64,000 bases of DNA from an uncultured Spartobacteria bacterium. GTDB taxonomy: Bacteria; Verrucomicrobiota; Verrucomicrobiia; Chthoniobacterales; JAATET01. Within the stretch, counting starts at the first letter, position 1. Each line of letters starts with the position of its first letter. The DNA lies in NCBI GenBank assembly GCA_938011325.1, contig CALLUD010000010.1, positions 21,724-85,723 of the forward strand. The letters run 5' to 3'. Below the pieces are notes generated by a model, which made no database searches, was not told the DNA's origin, and saw only the letters and a list, made by a program, of their open reading frames with translations. The translations under genes were made by a program, and so were the position numbers. Positions 11,639-24,898 of the stretch are shown piece after piece.

Positions 11639-12874
11639 TCACAGTTCGATAATGGTGAAATCATTCTGGCTGATGGCGTTGGCCTCCTCGATCGTAATCC
11701 ACCGCTCGGCAAACTGAGGCCCCCAGGAATCGGAGATCGCGATCTCATCAGTTTCGGCGTTGTATCCAATAATCATGCACATATGTCCGCCATCGCGATC
11801 GATGCGGATGCGTCGGGCTTCGCGTCGCGCCGTTTCGAGCGTTTCCTTGTAGGCATTCCAATCCTCGATCTTCCGTCGCTGTGCGGAACGTTCCGTAATT
11901 CCCCGGTTGACGTCGCGGATCACATACATGCTCCAGAGCAGCGGCATCCCCTGATCGATATATCGCGAGACCATGCGGGTCGTGAGTCGACCGCCGGTTT
12001 TTGACATACGCCGACCCGCCGCACGGACAAGATCGCTGGCACCTGCCATCATCGCCGAAGTGTTGGTTCCTCCGCCCGCCGCCGTCTGCCCTGCCATCGC
12101 GAGAACATACATGTCGGCGGGAATTCCCATGTAGCGCAGCACCCGCTCCCAGGTGGCGGGGACGCAATACCCCTTGGGCCCCTGATTCACCATCGGCATG
12201 TTCTTCAAAATGACATCTCCGTTTTCGCGGCGCTCCACCCGCTTCGCCAACTCCTCGCGGAGCTTGGAATCCGCCACCCGCTCGGTTTGATCGGCATCCA
12301 GCAGTTCCGTGGGAACGATTCGCACGGCGACATATTCCCCGCGCGGCGACGCAAGGAGAATCGAATGCCCCTTCCAGTCCCAGCGATGAACGCTCTCGCG
12401 TGAATTCTGGGCCTTCCCAAAGCGATCCTTTACCGGCGGACCGAGAAGATTGGTGAGTGCGCCTCCAATCTGTTGTGTGTCAGCCGCAATGGATTTCGCG
12501 TAGCCATCGGCACGCGCCCCGCGTTCTCCTTCCGGCGGGGCCCAATCCCCCTTGTTTGCAAACACCATCGAAATCTGCGTCGGCGTCCCTTCCCTGCCAT
12601 AGAGCGCGAGCGAGAACGGACGCGCTCCAAGGATTCGCACCTTCGAGCCCGCATAAGCGCGATAACTCGAATCCGTCTCCGTGCGGGATTCGAGCGGCCA
12701 TTGCAATCGCTCGCCCACGGTCTGGTCCGGATCATCCCAGAGGTTCTCATCCACCCAGATCGGGGCACCGAAAGCCGCGTTCATTTCCTCGAAACCCGGC
12801 TCGGCCGAAAACGCGATTGTCATCGGCCAAACGACCACGGTCACAAGATTGCCGAGGAAACTGCGGTGTGTCAT
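11639..12874 (-). CDS. secreted clan-CA (papain-fold, C1/C39-like) cysteine peptidase with an unknown N-terminal domain
   Basis: A signal-like N-terminus is present (LVTVVVWPMTIAFSAEP). The C-terminal half carries Q-x5-C (NQGPKGYCVPATW), and GGHMCMIIGYNAETDEIAISDSWG aligns with the papain H...N-S-W-G block. Confidence 0.55.
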   Translation of the reverse strand: MTHRSFLGNLVTVVVWPMTIAFSAEPGFEEMNAAFGAPIWVDENLWDDPDQTVGERLQWPLESRTETDSSYRAYAGSKVRILGARPFSLALYGREGTPTQISMVFANKGDWAPPEGERGARADGYAKSIAADTQQIGGALTNLLGPPVKDRFGKAQNSRESVHRWDWKGHSILLASPRGEYVAVRIVPTELLDADQTERVADSKLREELAKRVERRENGDVILKNMPMVNQGPKGYCVPATWERVLRYMGIPADMYVLAMAGQTAAGGGTNTSAMMAGASDLVRAAGRRMSKTGGRLTTRMVSRYIDQGMPLLWSMYVIRDVNRGITERSAQRRKIEDWNAYKETLETARREARRIRIDRDGGHMCMIIGYNAETDEIAISDSWGPQFAERWITIEEANAISQNDFTIIEL

Positions 12875-12904
12875 TTTGCCAGCTTAACGAATTCTTACGC
12901 GGTT

Positions 12905-14095
12905 ATGCGAACCCTCTTCCTCGATTGTTTTTCCGGAATCAGTGGCGACATGGCCGTGGGGGCGCTCTGCGATCTGGGGGTCGGCGTTGATCAGCTTCGC
13001 GCGGAGCTGGCGAAATTGAAGATCGATGACGAGTTTCACCTGCATGTGGGGCGGCAGACCCGCTGCCAGATCGAGGGAACGAAGTTCGACGCCCATTTTC
13101 ATGCCCACCACGGGCATCACCACGAGGAGACGCACGTTCACGGCCGATCGTTCGCGGACATCCGCGTCCTCATCGAAGCAAGCGACTTGTCCGATTTCGT
13201 GAAACAGCGCGCCGTTGCGGTCTTTCGCCGCATTGCCGAGGCGGAGGGGCGCATTCACGGCACGCCGGTCGAGGAGGTCCATTTTCACGAGGTCGGCGCG
13301 GTGGATTCGATCGTCGACATTGTCGCCTTCTGCGTGGGACTCGAAGCGCTCGGCAACCCTCGGGTGCAGGCGTCGCCGCTCGTGGACGGCAGCGGCTTCG
13401 TGGAATGCGCGCACGGGCGGTTTCCCATCCCGACTCCGGCGACGCTCGAGATTCTCAAGGGGATTCCGCTGCGGCAACTGCCCGACGAAATGGAATTCAT
13501 CACGCCGACGGGCGCGGGCCTGCTGGCGGAGTTCGCCACGGCGTTTGGCCCGATGCCGCAAATGCAGATCGAGCGAATCGGTTACGGCGTCGGAACGCGC
13601 GACACCGCCGAAAGACCGAACGTGCTCCGTGCCGTGCTTGGCTCCACGGGCGAGGCCGGGACCACGGATCAGGTCACCGAGATCGAGTCGAATCTGGACG
13701 ACCTCTCCCCGGAAGTCCTTTCCGCCGCCGTCGCGCGGCTGCTGGTCGCCGGCGCGCTCGATGTCTTCGTGACGCCGATTCAGATGAAGAAAGGCCGGCC
13801 TGGATTTCGCCTCACGGTGCTGACCGAGCCGTCACGGGCCGATGAATTTGCACGTATCATTCTCCGCGAAACCTCCGCATTTGGCGTGCGCATGCACGAC
13901 TGCCGCCGCATCAAGCTCGTGCGCGACATCGTATCGGTCGAAACGCCATTCGGCTCGATCCGGATCAAGCGCGGCTGGCTCGACGGGGAACTCGTGCAAT
14001 CCAGCCCGGAATTCGAGGATTGCCGGATCGCCGCGGACCAGTCGGGTGTGCCGATCCGTGTCGTTTATCAGGCCGCGATGACCGCGATCGGCTAA
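12905..14095 (+). CDS. larC: nickel insertion protein LarC (pyridinium-3,5-bisthiocarboxylic acid mononucleotide nickel chelatase, DUF111)
   Basis: 396 aa from the ATG at 12905: MRTLFLDCFSGISGDMAVGALCDLG, a His-rich stretch HFHAHHGHHHEETHVHG, and HFHEVGAVDSIVDIV. The upstream part of the track ORF (from 12473) is an antisense shadow of the peptidase gene. Confidence 0.85.
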   Translation: MRTLFLDCFSGISGDMAVGALCDLGVGVDQLRAELAKLKIDDEFHLHVGRQTRCQIEGTKFDAHFHAHHGHHHEETHVHGRSFADIRVLIEASDLSDFVKQRAVAVFRRIAEAEGRIHGTPVEEVHFHEVGAVDSIVDIVAFCVGLEALGNPRVQASPLVDGSGFVECAHGRFPIPTPATLEILKGIPLRQLPDEMEFITPTGAGLLAEFATAFGPMPQMQIERIGYGVGTRDTAERPNVLRAVLGSTGEAGTTDQVTEIESNLDDLSPEVLSAAVARLLVAGALDVFVTPIQMKKGRPGFRLTVLTEPSRADEFARIILRETSAFGVRMHDCRRIKLVRDIVSVETPFGSIRIKRGWLDGELVQSSPEFEDCRIAADQSGVPIRVVYQAAMTAIG

Positions 14096-14895
14096 TCGCC
14101 GTCCTCGGGCGCCGACGATCGGCCTCGCGCGATGGAGACTCCCCGTCGCGAGCTTCGCACGAATTCGATCATCTCCCTCGCCTCGGGACCCCACTCCTCG
14201 CCGGAAAGCGCCTCGAGCGCCTGCGAGACATTCAACCCGGAACGAAACAGCCGTTTGAAGACCCTTTTCAACTCCATTCGGACCTCCGACGACAATCCGG
14301 CGCGCCGAAGCCCGATGACGTTGAGACCCGCGAGCAGATTGTCACGATCCGCCACGGTGAACGGCGCGATGTCCTTTCCAAATCGTGTGCCGCCCCGCAC
14401 CATCGCCAGCCGGCCCACGCGCAGATGTTGATGAAACACGGTGCCGCCACCCAGGACGGCGCCGTCCCCGATTTGCACGTATCCGGCGAGCAAGCAGTTG
14501 TTCGCGATGACCGTGCGGCTGCCGACCACGCAGTTGTGCGCAAAGTGCACGCCGGCCATCACGAAGTTGTCGTCGCCAACAACCGTCTCCCCACCCTGCC
14601 CGGTCCCGCAGTGAATGGTCACATGCTCGCGGAACGTATTGCCATTTCCAATCCGCACCGAACTGGCCATCGCCTCGTTGTATGCGAAATCCTGCGGCGG
14701 CGCTCCGATCACCGCGCCATGGCCGACGACGTTGCGATCGCCAAGAAACGTCCTGCCCGTGATCACCGCGTGGCTCAGCACGCGACACTGGTTGCCCAGC
14801 GTCACTTCCGGGCCAATCAAAGCATAGGGGCCGACCTCGACGTCCTCCCCGATTTGAGCGCCATCCTCGATGATGGCCGTTGGATGAATCCTCAC
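14092..14895 (-). CDS. lpxA: acyl-ACP--UDP-N-acetylglucosamine O-acyltransferase
   Basis: 267 aa. Left-handed beta-helix hexapeptide repeats (IHPTAIIEDGAQIGEDVEVGPYALIG...) are followed by the LpxA C-terminal helical domain (NLLAGLNVIGLRRAGLS). The start overlaps the radC stop by 4 nt. Confidence 0.88.
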   Translation of the reverse strand: MRIHPTAIIEDGAQIGEDVEVGPYALIGPEVTLGNQCRVLSHAVITGRTFLGDRNVVGHGAVIGAPPQDFAYNEAMASSVRIGNGNTFREHVTIHCGTGQGGETVVGDDNFVMAGVHFAHNCVVGSRTVIANNCLLAGYVQIGDGAVLGGGTVFHQHLRVGRLAMVRGGTRFGKDIAPFTVADRDNLLAGLNVIGLRRAGLSSEVRMELKRVFKRLFRSGLNVSQALEALSGEEWGPEAREMIEFVRSSRRGVSIARGRSSAPEDGD

Positions 14896-15596
14896 AACAA
14901 TCCTGCCTCCTTGAAACTGAAATAGGGGGAACGCTGACCATCCGGCGCACCAATGATGATGTGATCGACCAGATGCACCTGCAGCAATTCCGCCGCGTCG
15001 CGAATCCGTCGCGTCAGCCGTCGATCCGCCTCGCTCGGCGCGGGATCCCCCGAGGGATGATTATGCACGAGCAGGAAGCCATAGGCCGAGTGAATCACCG
15101 CCGGGCGCAGAATCTCCCGCGGATGAGCGATGCTTTCGTTGATCGTTCCGATGGAGACGACCTCACGCCAGACGAGGCGATGCCGTGTGTTTACCAGCAG
15201 CACCTCCAGGCGCTCCCGATCCATCGCCCACATCTCGGGCGCGAGGTAGTCATGGACGACCTGCGGCGAGTCGAGCACCGGTCGCGAACCCGTCCCGCGT
15301 GCCAGCCGCTTTCCCACCTCAAAAACCGCAGCCAGCTCCGTCGCCTTCGCCGGGCCGACTCCCTTGGCCGAGTTCATCAGTTCCTTCACCGAACATCGCG
15401 AGAGCGTGAACAGATCGCCACGCGACTCCAGAACGTCCTTCGCGACTTCGATGGCATTGCGATCACGGGTGCCGGTGCGCAGGAAAATCGCGAGCAGCTC
15501 CGCGTCCGTCAAACTGGCCGGTCCCCGCTGCGTGAGCTTCTCCCGCGGCCGGTCGCACTCCGGAATCTCACGAATTCTTGAGGCACTCCGCTCCAT
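14892..15596 (-). CDS. radC: RadC-like JAB-domain protein (UPF0758)
   Basis: MERSASRIREIPECDRPREKLTQRGPASLTDAELLAIFLRTGT..., followed by the JAMM-like block HNHPSGDPAPSEAD. I prefer the ATG at 15596 because the alternative at 15638 lies inside a 12-bp stem-loop. Confidence 0.85.
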   Translation of the reverse strand: MERSASRIREIPECDRPREKLTQRGPASLTDAELLAIFLRTGTRDRNAIEVAKDVLESRGDLFTLSRCSVKELMNSAKGVGPAKATELAAVFEVGKRLARGTGSRPVLDSPQVVHDYLAPEMWAMDRERLEVLLVNTRHRLVWREVVSIGTINESIAHPREILRPAVIHSAYGFLLVHNHPSGDPAPSEADRRLTRRIRDAAELLQVHLVDHIIIGAPDGQRSPYFSFKEAGLL

Positions 15597-15620
15597 TCCG
15601 CAGGACGCTAACAGAAACTC

Positions 15621-15658
15621 CGCCGGACCATGAAGCACTGTCTCTCCATGGTCCGGCG
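15621..15658 (-). terminator. 12-bp perfect stem-loop between gltB and radC (terminator/processing candidate)
   Basis: The stem is CGCCGGACCATG (15621-15632) pairing with CATGGTCCGGCG (15647-15658), with a 14-nt loop. On the minus strand it lies 27 nt after the gltB stop and is followed by GAGTTTCTGTT. There is no clean U-run. Confidence 0.35.
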
Positions 15659-15684
15659 AAAAGTGGTGTCACGCCGCGATTTTT

Positions 15685-20364
<4,680 letters not shown>

Positions 20365-20435
20365 AGGCGGTTGCAGGTTTGAAAACAGGTTAAGGCACGG
20401 CGGGACGAACGCCCCAAGTGTCCTACAACCTATGG

Positions 20436-20451
20436 AGCAACTTCCATTCCA
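20436..20451 (-). promoter_or_regulatory. candidate sigma-54 (-24/-12) promoter upstream of gltB
   Basis: The minus strand reads TGGAATGGAAGTTGCT, compared with the consensus TGGCACG-N4-TTGCW. GG and GC have the exact 10-nt spacing. It lies in the 136-nt yihY-gltB gap, about 70-85 nt before the gltB Met codons. Confidence 0.35.
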
Positions 20452-20500
20452 CCAGCGCGCACGCTATCACCCGATTTTCCGTCCCGCAACCCTCTCGTCG

Positions 20501-21412
20501 TCAAGTTTCCGCATTCGTTTTTTCGAAAGCAGACTGTGCGGAGGCGATGCGAACCGCGTGAGGCTCCGGTTTGATGGGCCCGCGTTTCCGCAGGTGACGC
20601 ACCTTCGTGAACTCCGCTCCAAGGAACAAAATGCACGAGGCGTAGTAGACCCAGAGGAGGATCACCACGAGCGCTCCGGCGGCGCCGAAGCTCGACGCCA
20701 CGCTGTTTCGCCCGAGATACCACGCGATGCCCGATTTCCCGATCGTGAACAGGACTCCCGTGAAGAACGCGCCGGACCACACGTCGCTCCAGTGGAGCCG
20801 CACATCCGGGAGAATCCGAAATACCGCCGCAAAAAGCACGCCGGTCAATCCCACCGACAGCGCGAAATCCACCGCGCCCCACACCCACGGCGCCATGGCA
20901 AAGCGGGACGCGATCATCGAACCGAGCCCGGCGATCAATGAGCTGATCACCAGGGAGACGAGCAGCACAAAACCGATCCCAAACACCAGCGAGAAGCTCA
21001 GCAGTCGATCCCGCACGAGCGTCGCCACGGCACGCCCCGGACGCGGCGCCACGCCCCAGATCGTGTTCAGCGCGTTCTTCAGTTCGCCGAAAACCGTCGA
21101 GGCGCCGAAGAGCAGCACGCCCGTTCCGACGATCATCCCCCAGATGCCATCGCTCCGACGATCCCCCGTCGCGGCGAGGGCGGATTGCACCGTCACCGCC
21201 GCCTGGTCGCCCATCAGTCCCGAGAGCTGATTCGCGACTTCGCCGTTTGCGGCCTCTTCGCCGAAGACGAGTCCCGCGATCGACACCGCCAGCACCAGCA
21301 GCGGCGCCAGCGAAAACACCGCGTAGTAGGCCAGTGCCGCGCTCAGTCTCGATGCTTGATCCGCCCCCCACTCCTTGAACGCCGCCACGAGCAGGCCGAA
21401 AAATTCCTTCAT
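20501..21412 (-). CDS. YihY/BrkB (virulence factor BrkB) family inner-membrane protein
   Basis: 303 aa. WGADQASRLSAALAYYAVFSLAPLLVL is the family N-terminal signature, and there are 6 predicted TM segments. Confidence 0.8.
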   Translation of the reverse strand: MKEFFGLLVAAFKEWGADQASRLSAALAYYAVFSLAPLLVLAVSIAGLVFGEEAANGEVANQLSGLMGDQAAVTVQSALAATGDRRSDGIWGMIVGTGVLLFGASTVFGELKNALNTIWGVAPRPGRAVATLVRDRLLSFSLVFGIGFVLLVSLVISSLIAGLGSMIASRFAMAPWVWGAVDFALSVGLTGVLFAAVFRILPDVRLHWSDVWSGAFFTGVLFTIGKSGIAWYLGRNSVASSFGAAGALVVILLWVYYASCILFLGAEFTKVRHLRKRGPIKPEPHAVRIASAQSAFEKTNAET

Positions 21413-21532
21413 TCCTCCTGCAATTCGATTTCACGAGGGACGCCGGCCGTCGCTTGGGAGTGAACGAATAATTTTGCACGCTCAGGGCGATCCCCGATCC
21501 CATAGTCGGAAACCTCTGTTATCTTTGACCGG

Positions 21533-22924
21533 ATGTCGCCCGCTGAGAGAAGCGAATCGATCGCCGCTACCTGTCCCGGGCCCGCGGCATCGATCCTGCA
21601 CCGTTCCGTCCTGGAATCGACGCACCTCATTGCGTTCGACACGGCGCAGCACATCATCTTCTGGACCGGGGAAGACGCGCGCATTTACGGCCTCGAAGCT
21701 CGCGACGTGATCGGTCGAAGCGACCGCGAGGTTCTTCGCTCGCAGTTTCCCGAAACGTGGGAGCGACTGCTCGAGAAGCTCGAGCGCGACCAGGAGTGGA
21801 GCGGCACCGTGGTGCATCACCGCGCAAACGGCGACCCGCTGCGCCTGCTGGCAAACTGGCGGCCGCTCCGCGATGAATCGGGAAAGCTCACGGGGGTCGT
21901 CGAGCACGTCCGCGGGGAATCCCTGGAGCGCCTCGCCAACAATCCGCTCCAGGCCGCGCGCACCCTCGAGGCGCTCATCGATGCCTCGCCCGTCGCCATC
22001 ATTGCGCTCAATGCCGAGGGTCGCATCGACATCTGGAACACACAGGCGGAGGCGTTTTTTCAAATGAGCGAGGAATCCACGCTCGGGCACCGGTTCGAGG
22101 ACCTTCCGCTCCGCTGGCACTACCCCGAGTCGATTTCGCGTCTGATGCAGGACGACGCGCCGGCCCACATCGCGACACGGGTCACGACGCCCAACCAGAT
22201 CACGCTCGATCTCGGGATCTGGTCCTCACCACTCGTGGGCGACAACGGCGTGGAAGGCCACGTGCTCGTCGTCCTCGACGAAACGGAGAAGAAATTTCTC
22301 GAACAGGCGCTTCTTGAAGCCGGCGAGCGCGAACAGCGACGCATCGGCCAGCAACTGCACGACCACCTCTGCCAGCAGCTGCTGGGCGCCGCGTTCGGTG
22401 CGCAGGCGCTTTCCCGCGAGCTCCACCACTCGCAGTCACCCAGCGAGGAGCGCGCCTCCGAGCTCGCCCGCCTGATCAACGACTCCGTCGTCGAGGCGCG
22501 CAACATGGCACGCGGCATCAACCCCATCGAGCTCGACCCCGCCGGCCTGATGTCCGCGCTGCAGGAACTGATCGCGCGCGTTCCGCACGGCGTGACCGCG
22601 GAATTCGACTGCCCGAACTCCGTGCTGGTCGACAACTCCGAGCTTGCCCTCCACGCATTTCGCATTGCCCAGGAGGCACTCACGAATGCCCTGCGCATCG
22701 CCGGTGCCACCTGGATTCGCATTTCCCTCTCCTGCCGGGACCACGTTTGCACGATCCAAATCGCCGACAACGGCCGTGTCGCCCCCGACGACCAGGAATC
22801 CAATGCCAGCGTGGGCATCGGCATCATGCGATACCGCGCGCAAGCCATCGGCGGCCACCTCCATGTCGACCACGTCGACGGCCGTGGCACCACCGTGACT
22901 TGCACATTTCCCAATCCTCAATGA
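21533..22924 (+). CDS. cytoplasmic PAS-PAS sensor histidine kinase (HisKA_3 / NarX-type dimerisation domain)
   Basis: 463 aa with no TM helices. Two PAS-like segments are present. The H-box is RRIGQQLHDHLCQQLLGA. An HATPase_c tail follows (GIGIMRYRAQAIGGHLHV). Confidence 0.85.
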   Translation: MSPAERSESIAATCPGPAASILHRSVLESTHLIAFDTAQHIIFWTGEDARIYGLEARDVIGRSDREVLRSQFPETWERLLEKLERDQEWSGTVVHHRANGDPLRLLANWRPLRDESGKLTGVVEHVRGESLERLANNPLQAARTLEALIDASPVAIIALNAEGRIDIWNTQAEAFFQMSEESTLGHRFEDLPLRWHYPESISRLMQDDAPAHIATRVTTPNQITLDLGIWSSPLVGDNGVEGHVLVVLDETEKKFLEQALLEAGEREQRRIGQQLHDHLCQQLLGAAFGAQALSRELHHSQSPSEERASELARLINDSVVEARNMARGINPIELDPAGLMSALQELIARVPHGVTAEFDCPNSVLVDNSELALHAFRIAQEALTNALRIAGATWIRISLSCRDHVCTIQIADNGRVAPDDQESNASVGIGIMRYRAQAIGGHLHVDHVDGRGTTVTCTFPNPQ

Positions 22925-22933
22925 CATCATTCC

Positions 22934-23617
22934 ATGCCAAAGACGCCCGATAACTCCGCCACCCCCACCAAACGCCGCGTGCTTATCGTGGACGATCATC
23001 CGGTCTTTCGACACGGAATCTCCGCCATGATCAACGCCGAGGCCGATCTGGTCGTCTGCGGGGAAGCCGGCTCCGCCCCGGCCGCGCTCGAAAGCATGCG
23101 CCGGCTGGAACCGGACATCGTGCTGGTCGACATCTCGCTCCCCGGCACGAACGGCATCGAGTTGCTGAAATCGATGAAGGCGGAGCGCCCGAAAATGCCC
23201 ATGCTCGTCGTTTCCATGCACGACGAGTCGCTCTACGCGCTGCGGGCACTGCGGGCCGGTGCGCTGGGTTACGTGATGAAAGCCGAGGCGCTTGACCTCG
23301 TGCTCACGGCGATTCGCAAGGTGCTGGAGGGCGAGGCATTCCTCAGCCCGAAGTTCAGCGAGCGACTGGTGTTCAAGGCGATCCGCTCCCTCGACGAGGG
23401 CCTGGGCTCACCGGTCGACAAACTCTCCGACCGCGAACTCGAGGTTCTGAATTTGATGGGACGCGGCTTCGGCGCCCAGGACATTGCCAACGAGCTGCAT
23501 CTCAGCGTGAAAACGATCGAAACCCACCGGGCGCACATCAAGGAGAAGCTCGACTTCAACGACTCGAAGGAGATGGTGCGCTTCGCCATCGAGTGGGTTG
23601 CCCAGCAGAACGCCTGA
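22934..23617 (+). CDS. NarL/FixJ-family response regulator (REC + LuxR-type HTH)
   Basis: RVLIVDDHPVFRHG...DIVLVDISLPGTNG is followed by LSDRELEVLNLMGRGFGAQDIANELHLSVKTIETHR. The gene starts 9 nt after the kinase. Confidence 0.9.
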   Translation: MPKTPDNSATPTKRRVLIVDDHPVFRHGISAMINAEADLVVCGEAGSAPAALESMRRLEPDIVLVDISLPGTNGIELLKSMKAERPKMPMLVVSMHDESLYALRALRAGALGYVMKAEALDLVLTAIRKVLEGEAFLSPKFSERLVFKAIRSLDEGLGSPVDKLSDRELEVLNLMGRGFGAQDIANELHLSVKTIETHRAHIKEKLDFNDSKEMVRFAIEWVAQQNA

Positions 23618-23627
23618 GCAAGCACCC

Positions 23628-23661
23628 CTCCCGCCGTCGCCATGCCGGCCGACGACGGGAG
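23628..23661. terminator. hairpin between the convergent response-regulator and ECF sigma genes
   Basis: CTCCCGCCGTCG / CGACGACGGGAG (12 bp, one mismatch) with a 10-nt loop. It lies in the 57-nt gap between the two stop codons. There is no T-run on either side. Confidence 0.3.
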
Positions 23662-23674
23662 GAGCCACGGAAAC

Positions 23675-24274
23675 CTACATGATCTTGTCGCGCGATCCGC
23701 CGATCGCGTGTGTCAGCTTTTTCAATCCCAGCTCGATGCGTGTCTTCACCGTTCCGAGCGGGGTGTTGGTGAGGGAGGCAATCTCGCGCTGGCTGTGCCC
23801 TTCGAGATACGCGAGCGTCACCGCTTCGCGCTGACGATCCGGGAGGAGGTCGAGCTGACGGTCAATCAACTCGCGCACGTCGTCCTGTTGCGCCTCGAGT
23901 TCCACCGGGCGCGTCTCGCCGGCTTCCCAGTTCGGATGCTTCGTTTCGAGTTCGTAACGGTCCGTTGCGCGGCGATAGGCGCAGGCCTGGCGAACCCGGT
24001 CAATCGCCCGCCGGCGCGCCACCGTGGAAAGCCAGCTGAGGAGTCGGCCCTTTTCGGACGAGTAGGTCAACGCGCGATCCCAGACTTGCAGCAGCACCTC
24101 CTGCAGCACGTCGTCGGCCTCGGCGTCGTCGTGAAGCACTTTCATGATCACGGCCTTCAGCACGTGACCGTATTGGCGATAAAGCACCGACAACGCCTCC
24201 GGGTCGCGACGCACCATTGCGTCCATGATCTCGGCGTCGTCCATTTCTGTGGTGGGATCGAATGTGGTTTCCAT
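23675..24274 (-). CDS. ECF-type RNA polymerase sigma factor (no adjacent anti-sigma gene)
   Basis: Region 2 is DVLQEVLLQVWDRALTYSSEKGRLLSWLSTVARRRAIDRVR. Region 4 is REAVTLAYLEGHSQREIASLTNTPLGTVKTRI. The ATG at 24274 (METTF...) is preferred over 24340. Confidence 0.85.
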   Translation of the reverse strand: METTFDPTTEMDDAEIMDAMVRRDPEALSVLYRQYGHVLKAVIMKVLHDDAEADDVLQEVLLQVWDRALTYSSEKGRLLSWLSTVARRRAIDRVRQACAYRRATDRYELETKHPNWEAGETRPVELEAQQDDVRELIDRQLDLLPDRQREAVTLAYLEGHSQREIASLTNTPLGTVKTRIELGLKKLTHAIGGSRDKIM

Positions 24275-24340
24275 GGGATGTTTGGTTTTTGCTTCGGCAA
24301 GCCTATCCCAATCCCACGGTCCCCCCAATCGGTGGGGCAC

Positions 24341-24363
24341 ACGATAGCGGCATCGGTGATTCC
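24341..24363 (-). promoter_or_regulatory. weak candidate ECF-type autoregulatory promoter upstream of the orphan ECF sigma
   Basis: The minus strand reads GGAATC-N14-CGTGT (a GGAAT ... CGT pattern, with a 15-nt gap against the usual 16-17). It lies about 65 nt before the ATG at 24274. Confidence 0.2.
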
Positions 24364-24490
24364 CCCAATGCGACGAGCCCGCCCTTACGGCTTCGCGCGA
24401 CTCACTCCATCGCTTTCTCAGGGTCTCGCCTGATGGCGCCCTTCACCCTGGCCGTGTTTAATCGAACCGTTTCCGGTGAATACGCGTCTT

Positions 24491-24652
24491 ATGAAGTCCA
24501 ACAAACGCAAGCAGCCTTCCTCCTCGAAAAGCATGCAACAGCTCGTCATGCGCACCGAAGAGATGCTGCGAAAGGCGGCCCTGGCGGATCTCCGGAGAGC
24601 AAACTCCCTCAGCCAAAGTTGCGTGGTGCCCTACCGACGCATCATCGAGTAG
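24491..24652 (+). CDS. unannotated 53-aa basic small ORF (hypothetical)
   Basis: ATG...TAG read by eye: MKSNKRKQPSSSKSMQQLVMRTEEMLRKAALADLRRANSLSQSCVVPYRRIIE. By my count 41 of 53 third positions are G/C, which is coding-like for this genome. An imperfect hairpin starts 5 nt after the stop. The ORF falls below the 60-aa cut-off of the track. Confidence 0.3.
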   Translation: MKSNKRKQPSSSKSMQQLVMRTEEMLRKAALADLRRANSLSQSCVVPYRRIIE

Positions 24653-24656
24653 CCGG

Positions 24657-24704
24657 GTTGCCTGAATCCACGGCGCGGAAATCCGTCCCGCCGCGCCGGG
24701 CAAC
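24657..24704 (+). terminator. imperfect two-tier hairpin directly after the 53-aa ORF
   Basis: GTTGCC(24657-62)...GGCGCGG(24672-78)-12 nt loop-CCGCGCC(24691-97)-G-GGCAAC(24699-704). It starts 5 nt after the TAG. There is no T-run. Confidence 0.25.
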
Positions 24705-24898
24705 GTCGCGCGTCTATCTCGGCATCACCACCCGGGCATTCGCAATGGCTTCCCGGGCGCTCCCGCGGGACGTTCGGTGGAAATCGCAAAACCCGCTTCA
24801 TTTTCGATCGCATCAAGGGAACGGGCAAATAGCGCCAGGACCTCGTCAGACATGCGGATCGGGCGTGGCGAAGAAGCTTCACCACGCCTCGATCGAGT

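Noticed and set aside
9644-12004. A 786-aa plus-strand ORF. Similar long ORFs lie at 50038-52563, 2525-4486, 6010-7587, 45498-46706, 42389-43579, 40386-41486, 56088-57674 and 62076-63023.
   Set aside because: All are antisense or out-of-frame shadows of confidently identified genes (speA, leuS, DUF2723, gcvP, acnA, murA, GH3, the sigma operon, lptB). They have Arg-rich, motif-free translations.
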